Origin: Podarcis tiliguerta
Lineage: Eukaryota
Assembly: GCA_965153285.1 (NCBI GenBank)
Contig: OZ229123.1
Length of the DNA stretch: 64,000 bases
Reading direction: 5' to 3' (one strand)
Shown here: piece by piece, positions 52,331 to 62,790 of the stretch
How the letters are laid out: every line of letters starts with the position of its first letter
How positions within the stretch are numbered: position 1 is the first letter of the stretch
Translations under genes and position numbers: made by a program
Notes under the pieces: generated by a model
Database searches by the model: none
What the model was told of the DNA's origin: nothing
Seen by the model: the letters and a program-made list of their open reading frames with translations, nothing else

Positions 52331-52929
52331 ACTGGTGATATAGAAACAAATAGAGTTTCAAGCCTATTTTTATTCCAATCCAAAAATGGAGAGCTCACAG
52401 CTAGCAAAGTTGGGCCTAAGGCGGGTTCATGTGAGCTCTAAATGTCAAGCTGCAGAATGCCCTTTGAAGATTAAATCTCTCCTCTCCTCAAAATGAGAGG
52501 GAAATTCTCAAATGCACAGATGATTTAATAATGGAAGAGAAATTTGCTACCAACAATGCATATCTAGTACAAACACATTTGGTCTTTTTAGCGTGGGTTG
52601 CCCTATGTAAAATATGGAAGTCATCCACAAAGGGCATCATTGCTAAATGAATTCTGAAAGCATCACACAGAGGATTGATGAGTCAGGATTAGGACTTTCC
52701 CACAGCAGAACCAGAGCAAAATCAAGCTTTTAAATAATGAAGGCAATAATCATATTAATCAAGTTAACACAAGTGCCTCTCCACCCTGGTTCTGGCATAG
52801 TGTGTCTCCTGGTTGTGTCAGTGTATGATTTGGAGTGGGTGAAAACTTTTTGTGGGATATGCAGACCTGGTGCTTTCTTTATATATACCGTACACATGTT
52901 GGCTATTATGGGCAATGTGCTTGATGGTG

Positions 52930-53270
52930 GTATAACACCAAAACAAAGTGTTGAGCTGGATGCACTGCTATGTACACCATGACTCCCCATTCCATACTTT
53001 GAAACATTGTTTGGAATGTTTGGAACAGTCATCAGGGGATGAGGGGTGAGGTGTCACCAGTTACACTGATGACATCCAGCTCTCCTCCTTGTCATCTGAA
53101 TCAAGTGAAGCTGTGCAGGCACATGACTCATGTCTGGAGGCAGTGATGGTCGGGATGAGGATCAATAAGTTGAAGCTACTGTGTTCTGACACTTCCCTGT
53201 AAGGGACTTACTTCTACTCTGGAGGGATTTTAGTCACCCTGAAAGATCAGGTTTATAGCCTGAGGGATGC
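52930..53270 (+). mobile_element. L2 LINE RT fragment
   Basis: Degenerate YADD region (tacactgatgacatccagctc = YTDDIQL), followed by CLEAV..MRINKLKL. Confidence 0.65.
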
Positions 53271-54559
53271 CTGAATTATACCTTGTTGCCGGAAGCCCAC
53301 TGTTCTGTCCCAGCAAATGGTCCCAGGACTGGAAATATAAATTAAGTTCAAATATATCCTCTGCTACTTACCAAAATCCATCCAGTAACTTAATCCCCCG
53401 CCCAAAAGAGAGAGAGAGAAACAGCTTCAAATTCACATTAAATTCCAGTGTGGACTCTGATGTAAAGCTGAAAAGAAGTTAACATGGATAGCTAAATGCA
53501 GGAACCAACAGTGGGCTGTGATTTGTGTTTCCCTTAATTCCAAGCCTCCCTGCAGCCCGTTTCCTAGCACCAGCATACTGCCCTATCATAAATCCCTGGG
53601 CATTTTATGAAGTTTTACTCCAAGAAGAAAGGAGCCTCTCATCCAATCCCTGTAAGGCACTTGTACCCCTCCTTCTCTCAATCTGCATGCCACTTCTGGA
53701 ACATATGATACTTTGGGTTATGATTTCTCCCATTCCCCTTTGCCACTCTGCGGCTTCTTTCCACTTGTTATGCCCATGGGCCTTCCTTGATCTTGTCCTT
53801 TCAGGTCCTTTCCCTCTGTTGACTTGGTAAGATCAAAATATCCCACTCCAAACTCCAGCTGTGAGATTGTGCTTCCAGGTCCACCAATGACACATCAGAT
53901 CCCTCCAAGTTCCGCCCCTTTCCACTGCAGCCCCGCCCCCATTCCATGTGCTCTGGTCCTCTATAAACACATGCAGCCATGGTCCTATGCAGAATTGTCC
54001 TGTGCAGCTTCTGCCAAGAACAGCCTTAAGGGTTAATAATTAAAGAATGGTGTTCTTGTAATCAATGGAGTCCTCTAGCTGTATTGATCCAGATAACGGG
54101 CTTATTTTGCTGTTAAAGACTGTGTTTTTTTTAGTCTGTTCAGAACAAAGACACCCTGGGGGGCCATTAGACAAATAGGCATTTAAGACCATTTTTGTTG
54201 ATACTTAATTATTATTAGTGCCCAAATTCTCAATTTAAATAAAATAATCTAATTAACTCCACTTCTGCCTATTTTCTTGGAAGGAATGGCTGTGTGCAAT
54301 TGCCTGTAAGTGCCTCTGTCTCTCAAGATTGGTTTCTTTCAGATTTATTTATTAAGAATTTATAAACTACTCTGCAGTCAGAGAATCCCAAAGCAGGTGA
54401 ACAGAAATAGGCCCAGAGCTGTGTCAGCCCCATGGTATTCTGAGGAGCTGGTGCAAATGGAATAATTGGGCCAATGGCTAGGTGGCCAGTGGCAGAAATC
54501 CTGTGGCCAGCAGGATCAAACGCAGCTGGGAAGCCACCTTCAGGCTTACACCGAGAACC

Positions 54560-54715
54560 CAGACTTTCAAAAAGCTTTTGCCAAAGTTCCCCATCCCAAA
54601 CTCCTCATGAGTTTAGACAGGTCCTCTTATGGAATCAGGAACTGTTTCAAGAACAGGAAGTGGAGAGTAGGAATAAATGCACAGTTATCCCAGTGTGGAA
54701 GGATGTGGAAAATGG
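54560..54715 (+). mobile_element. CR1 RT fragment
   Basis: DFQKAFAKVPH and NRKWRVGIN motifs. Confidence 0.75.
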
Positions 54716-54960
54716 GTGTGAAGAACAGCCACACCACACTGCAGGGCTAACCTAGGGGGTTATATCACTACACAGGACAGCCACTTCTCTCTTCTTGCTA
54801 CCAGTGGCTTGGTTTTTATTTAGGGCAAGAGGTGCAGGATTCCCACTGCTTTGCAGTGGTCTGCTTTGGAGTAGAGGGGGACTGCCAGCTCAACCCCAAG
54901 TATCTTGCCTGACTGTTTCACCTCCCTGCTGTCCTGAATTCCCAGACACTAAAACCAGTA

Positions 54961-55175
54961 CAGTGGTACCTCGGGTTACAGACGCTTCAGGTTACAGACT
55001 CCACTAACCCAGAAATAGTACCTCGGGTTAAGAACTTTGCTTCAGGATGAAAACAGAAATCATGCAGTGGCGGCACGGCGGCAGCGGGAGGCCCCATTAG
55101 CTTCAGGTTAAGAACAGTTTCAGGTTAAGAACAGACCTCCGGAACGAATTAAGTTCTTAACCCGAGGTACCACTG
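54961..55175. mobile_element. Tc1/mariner MITE, internally deleted copy
   Basis: TIRs and TA TSD; shorter than the 242-bp copies. Confidence 0.92.
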
Positions 55176-55599
55176 TAGTGTAGCCCAAATGGGGCAAAAT
55201 CAAATACCCCATGAGTGTGTCCAGAAACCAGTATAACCTAGAAATCTAATTATGCAGCTTATGTAGGAAAATGGGAGAAACAGTGACCAGGCACAATCAA
55301 AAGGAAAATGAAAAACTAAAGCAAAATATTGATGAATCTCATCACATACTGTAGGAATGGATTTAGGCACTAAGAGAGGCTATATTATTTAGTTATTATC
55401 CTTCCTTGTTTATGTGGATGAGCTCAGCAGAGTACCATCCTTTGCAGCTTTAAACTTGGAAGGTAAGACAAGGTTGATTTAACCTGAAGCTGTCACCTGA
55501 GGCTCAAGTGGGCTCATTGGCACAGAGTGCCTTCCATCAGCTTTGGTTGGTGGCCCTGCTGTGCCCTTATCTGGACAGGGACAGACTAACTACTGCTGT

Positions 55600-56210
55600 C
55601 TATGCTCTGGTAACCTCTAGGTTAGATTACTACAATGTGTTATATGTAGGGCTGCCTCTGAAGACAGTTCAGAAACTTGCTTAGTGGGGCAAGATGGTTT
55701 GATCATATTACACCGATTCTGTCCGACTGCACTGGCTACCAATTAGTTTCTGGGCACAATTCAAAGTGCTGGTTTTGACCTATAAAGCCTTAAACAGCTC
55801 AGGACCACAATACCTTAAGGACCGTCTCTCTCCATATGAACCTATCCAGACCTGAGATCATCTTCTGAGGCCCTTCTTCATGTGCCACCTCCTCAAGAGG
55901 TCCAGAGGGTGGCAACACGAGAACGGGGCCTTCTCTGCAGTGGCTCTCCGTCTGTGGAATGCTCTCCCCAGGGAAGTTCTCCTGGCGCCTTCATTATACA
56001 CCTTTAGGCACCAGGCAAAAACATTCCTCTTTAAACATCCAATATAATTTTAACATGTGTTGTGGGAAGGGGAGGGTTATTAGGTTGTCTTTGTTTTTAT
56101 TATGTATTTTCTGATTTCTATAGTGTGGTTTTATGTTGTGAACTTCCCTGAGATCTATGGGTGTAGGGGCAGTATACAAATTTAATAAAAATAACAAAGA
56201 ATAATAATAA
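55600..56210 (+). mobile_element. L2 LINE 3' end
   Basis: SRLDYYN..LYVGLPLKTVQKL..HITPIL..LHWLPISFWAQFKVLVLTYKALN; (AAT)-rich tail. Confidence 0.88.
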
Positions 56211-56689
56211 AGCTTAGGGTACATCCTCTCCACCCCACCCCCCACATCACAGGCTTTTTATTGGACTTTGTTGGTTGCAGAATCTGTCCCATCCAGGGGA
56301 ATTTCCTGTTCTCAAAGCCCTCTCCTTTCCCTATTCTTCTGGGAAATAGGGGCTCTTTGCAAAAACCCAGGAGGAGCAGAAGGCCCAACTGGCTCTCTAC
56401 AGGCCAGAAGAGCTTGGAGGCAAAGCTACCGTCTCAAGAGTCCGGGAGGCCTCATCTTCTGAAAGGAACCGTTGCTTCTTGGCAAAGGCCTGGGCAGAGC
56501 CAGAGGTCAGGGCAGAAACCAAATGGGAAAGGGGACAACCAGGTCGTTTCCCAGTATGGGATGGATCCTGGGAGGAGGGGGACAGAGGGGAGACCCCCTG
56601 GAGCACACAGAGGAGACCCTTTGCGGAGGCGCAGTCTGGTGGCCCTGTTTCAAGGTGACTCCTCCGTCTGGCCTGAGCCAGCCTTTTCT

Positions 56690-59660
56690 CTCCTTTTCTC
56701 TGCCTGCGCCTCCCGCCCAAGTCTCAGCTGTTGAGCGCACCGGCCCCCCCTTCCATCCTCCGCGGCGCTGGAGCTGCTCTGCAATTACCGCGCCGGTATC
56801 GATCCGGCTGCAGCTCAGCTCCCGGCCGCCTCTCAGCAGCACCTCAGCCGAGGCCCCGCCGCTGCCGTTGACACTCTCGCTCCCCTCCCCCCTCGCGTGC
56901 CCTGAATCCCGGAGGGCAAAGCCTCTCCACCCAACGTGCAGGCCGAGCGAGGGGCCCGGGGAAGCCCCCGAGAAGCCCCTTGCCCAGCCCGACGTGGCGG
57001 GAGGGGGCGGCCCGGGCGAGCAGCTCCAGCCAGCTCGCCTGGCAGCCCCTTCCGTCGGGCAGCAGCAGCAGCAGCGACTCCTCGGTATCGAACGCTTCGA
57101 TTGCTGCAGCTCAGCCTATTTGCATACTGATCTCTCCTCGCTTAGCCTCGCAGATCCATAACGAGGCGGGCGGCGATTCCCAGGCACGTCGCCTCTCTCC
57201 CCAGGCGAGGCGAGGCTGGCCAAAAAGCGCTGCCCAGCGAGCAGGAGAGACCAGGCAGCAGCCGGAGGAGGCCGTCTGCGCGCGGCACCGACGGGAGAGA
57301 GCAGGAGATCCGGCTGGACGGCCGAGCTGGAGTCCAGGCGGCAGCCCAGGAGCCTAGCGGCTGGGGCTTTAGCCAGGGCCACTGCGCCGGGCCGCCTGGA
57401 AGAGCCCTCGCCCCACTTCCGACGGGATGGCACGCCCTTCTCCTGCGCCCAGGGCCTTCGAGGCTGACGGCCTGCCGGCCTTGCCGCTCAAGGGTCACGG
57501 AGTGGACCTCGGGGGTAAGCCTACTCTGCGGAGTGACGGGGAGTTAGGGGCACGTAGGAGGTGGGGGGGGGGGGCTTCTTAGCTAAGCTCAGGAGAGACG
57601 GGGTCGCGAACTCCTTCCCTCTCCTGCGGGCCATCAGGAGAGGCTCAGCCTCTGCCAGTCGCCGGCGCGGACACTGCAGAGACCGAGTGCGCGCGCAGGC
57701 TTCGCTCAGGCGGCCGGGGAGGAGGGCCGGAGGGTCCAGCGCCCCGAGCTTCCTTTCCTTGGAGCTGTCGTGCCCGTGGGGGAGAGGAGAGGGAGAGAGA
57801 GGGCCCTGCCTGCCTCCTCGGCTTGGCCGCGACGTGGTTTTCGTTCCCTCGCCGCCTCGCCGACGCTTGAAATCAACCGGACAATAGCTGCCTCGGAGGA
57901 GGCGTTTCACAAGCACCGATGACCAGCCGGGTCAAGACCTTCAGAAATGCTGCTGACAATTGGGGGGGGCAGTTCAGATGCGCCCAAAACAAGGCTGCGA
58001 AGGGTTGGGTTAGCTCCCTTTGCAGGAGATGGAGCTGATGGCCAGGGGGCGACCTCCGCCGTCCTTGGCTGTGCTTCGGAGCTCGGGGGGGGGGGGCTTC
58101 CGCTCACTTTCTCTCCCCGCCCCACTGCAATTCGGGGTATAAAGTCTGAGGCGCTTTTTTCTGACTTCCCCGGAGGTCCGGCAGGGAGAGCGCGGGGGGG
58201 GGGTTCTTCGAGGGCGCCCTGCCTCGGGTGCGAGACACCCCCCCCCTGCCATGCCCCTCCAGCGCCCTGCTGAGCTGCTTAAGGAGTCTCCTCGGGCTCG
58301 GCCTGGAGTGGAGAGCGGCTCTGGAGCCCCTGGGCTAGGAGGCAAAGACAGCCGGCGTCCCCTTGGAAATCCAACCCTGCCAGACAATAGGTTGCTGCGC
58401 TCGGCTGGAGGGGCGCGTTCCTCGCTGCTGCTTCTTGCGCCTGTCTCGCACGCTGCTTCCCGGCAGCCGACCTGCGGGCAAGGAAAGCTCAGGCAGCCGG
58501 GCCCAGTCGCTTGGGAGTCAAGGGCTTGAGGCGGGGCTCAGACTTGCCACCCCAGTTATGGCTCCAGTCGGGGCGGCGTTTTCAGCACAGCGGGGGTCGC
58601 AGATCTACAGAGATGCTGCCCTCTCCTGCTCCTCCTACGCCCTAAAGCCGGCCGAGCATTTTGCAGAGCCGTTGCAGAAATTGCTTGCGGGGAACCGGCG
58701 GGAGGGAGCAGGGAGTCCTGGCCCTCTTCTGCGCTGGCTTTGCGGCTCGCCTCGCCGCGTTCCTCGGCCTCTGGGCAGGCAAAGTCTTCCGGGTCTGCCG
58801 CTCGCGACGCGCTCCTGGAAGCTGCCCGCAGGGACAGAGGGGGCGAGCTTTTCCCGAGCCTGGGACCGGCCTCGGCTTTCGCCTTTCTCTCACACCGCCT
58901 CCCGGTATTTGCCGCGTGCGCCTCGCCTGCCCTTTGCAAAGAAAGCGCTCCGTCCCACTCTTTGCTGCGCTTTTAACATAAGATGCCCAGCCGCAAAACA
59001 GTCCCACATAGGCCAGTGGACCACCGACCATCACAGGTGCGAGCCGATGGGCTCTGAATAGAAGTGAAGTAGACTATAAAAGGCAGCAGGGACCTTCGAA
59101 GATCGAAGCAGGTGGAAGCGCCTCGAAGGCTAGCCGCGAAGGGGAGGTCCAGCTCGCCCTCCCCAGAGCAGCCACTTCTGCTCTGCCCGAGCTTCCCCTT
59201 CCAGTCGAGGCCGGCCGGCCCTCTGCCCTGCTCCAGCGAGGCCGCAGGAGAACGCGGCCGGTTGTGGAGCCGCAGCCGCCTCTGCTCGGCGCGCCCGGAG
59301 GAAGAGAAGGCAGCGGAGGCAAAAGGCCCAGCCCTGCGTGAGGGGCCCAGCTCCGGGCAGGCGGGGACTTCTCGGTCCGTCGCGTCTTCCTGCGGGCCAC
59401 ATCGGCTTCAGCAAAGGGCCACGCGGGCCACCTGTGGCTACTTCTCCCCGGCAATGGCCTCCAGCTCTTGTAGGAGCCGCTAACCCGCAAGCAGGCAGCC
59501 GACTCCGCTTCTTTACCCTGGAAAGAACCGAGGAGCCGAGGCCAAAACGCCGCACTGGCGCTTCGCGGTCTTGTGAATGCAGTTCAGATGGACGCGGGAG
59601 CGAATCAGCTCGCCGTCCACGGATCTCTTCGGGAGAGGCGGGGAGTCTTTGCGAATGTCT
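56690..59660. promoter_or_regulatory. CpG island (probable promoter or Polycomb-type island)
   Basis: Abrupt rise in GC and CpG density against a CpG-depleted background; TATAAAA at 59075 (and at 59807 just outside); octamer ATTTGCAT at 57118; boundaries estimated by eye. Confidence 0.85.
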
Positions 59661-59789
59661 CAAAAAAGCTGATTTCCACCACTAACCATTACAGGTTTCC
59701 TATTATTATAAGAAAAGAAAAGAAAACGCTGGAGAGGAGAGTGTTTGGGGGCTTTGTTTCTAAGTGGCAGCACAGCCCCCTCCTCCAGC

Positions 59790-60320
59790 CTCAACCCACC
59801 ACCTGATATAAAAGCGCCCTCCCTCCCCTCTGCTTTTGATGCACAACGTGACGTTGAAGGAGCTACATTCAAATTTTTGTTTTCGAATTAATAGAAACAA
59901 ATCCGTGCGCTCCGTCGGCTTCACAGCAAGACAAACACCAAATAAATCCAATTCCAAGTTGTGGTCTGGCGGAATTATGTGAAGTTTCCTTTGCTAAGTT
60001 GTTGTTGTTGTCGAAATAGCGCTGTCTTCTACAGCAGATTTTAAAACATGAAGGGTTAGGAAACTAATTGTTTCAAGGTGGCAGATATTGTAAATTGCAA
60101 ATCATTTGCATCGTTAATTAGCATTGCAAATCGAGTCCAGCCCTTCTTACCGCAACGAAGGCCGGTGTAATGTTGGAAAGGGAACTTTGCACGTGACGCA
60201 ATCTCTGGCGATTAAAATGTCGTGACAATTAAACTCAATGCACACGAGTGAGTTTTCAATTCCTCTCTGTTCTTAGATCTCCTTATCAGGGCCAGCAAAT
60301 TACAGCCATTTTTCTTGCTC
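59790..60320. promoter_or_regulatory. candidate enhancer or promoter block
   Basis: Unique sequence with clustered octamer-like, TAATTA, CGTGAC and CTTATC motifs; conservation not verifiable here. Confidence 0.5.
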
Positions 60321-62379
60321 TAGTTTTAACCACATCGAGGAAAAGGTTGTTCTGGCGTGTCCCGTGCAAAAGAGCATAGTTGGACGGTTAGAGGAGGCTT
60401 GAAGGTTTGATGGAGAATTTTAAGCGGATTCGTCGGTTCCGCTTAACTCGCTTTAATAAAACGGCACCGTCCTGGTGCTCCTCCCCGTCCTTCCTGAGAG
60501 GTTGAGAGGAGGGGGCTACGACTAGCCAGCTCAGGGGTGGAGCTCCCTTGATGCTCCCGGGAACGCGAATAACCTCGGACCTCCCGAAAACTAGGAAATG
60601 TCACCAAACCTTCCCAGATGTATAACAACTAGTTTTACATTCAAACACAGATTACCTGGTTTATTTAGACAGACATCAAAATTCCCCTCTAAGGGAATGA
60701 TACAGTTTTGCCCCAAATGTAGCCTCTTCCAAAAAAAACACAACCCGGCTAGACACCTCCAAAATGCGCTGAGAGGACCACCCCTTTTTTTCATTATCAT
60801 TCGAGTAAGCAATAACATAAAATAAATGTGGATGTCCGAGGCTGTTTTGAAACGAATGCTGTTCCTCTCCCTGCAGGACAGGCGGAGGAAATCCCGAACT
60901 GCGACCAGCCATCCTCCATAGCCCGCACCGGGCAATATTTCTGAGGCCGCCACCCCGACCCCAGTCATTATAAGCAAGCGAACGATGTTCTGCACCCCGC
61001 ACCTCAAAAGGCTTTCACTTTTCCTACAGGAAAGAAAGAGAGAAAATTGATTTTCAGAAGACAGATCTATGTAGAGCAATTATATTGCCATAAATATTTT
61101 AAAAGATACAAAACTGAGGATAAAGAGAAATCTAGCCAGAGATTTGTAAGCACAATAGTGTCCATTTGCTGGTTTATTACAAGATCTATATTTTCTTGTG
61201 CCTGAGGGAGGAACGAAAGGGAACAGGGGACCCGGGCAGCTTCACAGCCACCCACATTCCTGAGGGACTACCCACATTCCCGGGGGGTAGCGGGGAAAGG
61301 AGATTGTGGTCACGGTGTTTGCGTGACACAATCCCTAACTCAGAGGAGCGGTGCCCCGGCCCTCCCGTTGGGCAGCAATCAACGGGACAAGTGGCCTACG
61401 GCTCTCTTTGTCTGCATCGGAGGTATTCCTTAAACTTGTCAGAGAAAAGGTGTGTGTGCATATGGCCTCTAAGCAGTTTGAAACCCTTGCCTTCCAGTTA
61501 CCCCGTTCTGACTTGGTCAACTCTTCTTTCGCGCTCGGCTGATAGGGATCAGATTCAGAATTCCTAATACTAAGTTCGACAGAGCTAAATCGGTTTACAT
61601 CCAAAGACTTCGATGTCTCCAGGGTTGCCAACGCAAAAACCCCGAGGCTTCGGATCTGGCCTTTCAACTTTTGTGAGCTACTCATAAATATTGGGCAGTC
61701 TCTGTGTTTTAAACTGCTAAATTAAATTAAATTGAGTACTGGAAGTATGAAAGGCAGCAAGGCAGATTCCAAAGGGCTTAAGATTAATAACGATAAAGAT
61801 GATCGGGTGAAAAATATAGTCTGTCATTTTATGGAAGAGAGCTTGTTTTGTTTTTTGTAAGCAGATTCGCGGTGATTTCTGCCCGGTTCCCAGCCCAGTT
61901 TGGATGGGAAGGCCAGCGCTTTCGAACCGGAAGTCTCAGCTCCTAAAAAATCCTTCTGCTAGCAGAGTGCCCTTTGTAGTTCTCTGGAACAACGAAAAAC
62001 AGTTCTAGCTGCTGATAAATGCGCAGTTCCTGTTTGATACAATTTGCGTTGACGGGAGGAGCTCATTTGATTTTTCTCACTCCTAGAAGCGAACCTTCCT
62101 CTCCCTACTCAGGCTGGTCCAGCTTTTCCTCCGCTCCCTTCCTTTTGGATCGCGCCGACAGCCGGCCTGGGGACCCGACTCTTTCCCTCCGTCTTTCCGT
62201 CGTTTTCTCCGGTTCGACGGCGATGCGCCTGGTCTCTCCTCCCTCGCTCCTTGCCCGCCTGCCTGCCTGCCTCCCTACCCTTGCAACCTGTTGCTTGGGG
62301 GTCTTTCATTCCTCCTTCCTCCCCACCCCATTAGTGGAGCCGAGGCCCCCAGAAGTTCAGAGGCATGGGGCAGAAGAGT

Positions 62380-62790
62380 TTATCCGGTCTGGTCATAAAT
62401 AATACCCCGACGACTCTCCCCAGCCCACTTAATTCATGCTTGATGGCCGGGACTTCGACGGCAGATAAAAAGTTCCTAAGTTGGTTGGGGTTTTTGTTTC
62501 CCTTTTCCAATCATTAACGTCATGGAGATAAGCTATCAATAACCCCGCTGTCCTTTCGGAGCTGAGTTCCACAGTATTGATCCGTGGGCCTCTTCATCTC
62601 TGCCAAGGAAGACACGGAATAATTTTCGCATTACAGTCACTTGGATTTGCTTTTAATTCATATTTAAAGCTGCAACCGACTCGGCGGAGCTTTCTGCGCA
62701 AAGACTGGAGGCGCCTAATTAATAATAAGTTAGAAACGAAGGAAGGCACCAGCCGATGAATAATTAATCCAGACATCTATGTCTCTTTGA
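62380..62790. promoter_or_regulatory. candidate enhancer (GATA/HNF1/ONECUT/homeodomain cluster)
   Basis: AGATAA 62463, CCAATCATTAAC 62507-62518, AGATAAGCTATCA 62526-62538, ATCAATA 62535, TATTGAT 62575, TAATTAAT twice. Confidence 0.55.

Noticed and set aside
58363-59061. 232-aa ORF and many overlapping ORFs in the CpG island
   Set aside because: Stop-codon scarcity in GC-rich DNA; low-complexity Arg/Pro/Ala/Gly content; no recognisable domain.
62526-62538. Naming the neighbouring gene (GATA2, NEUROG3 or PAX2 were considered) from motif content
   Set aside because: The motifs fit several loci and no coding exon is present to decide.
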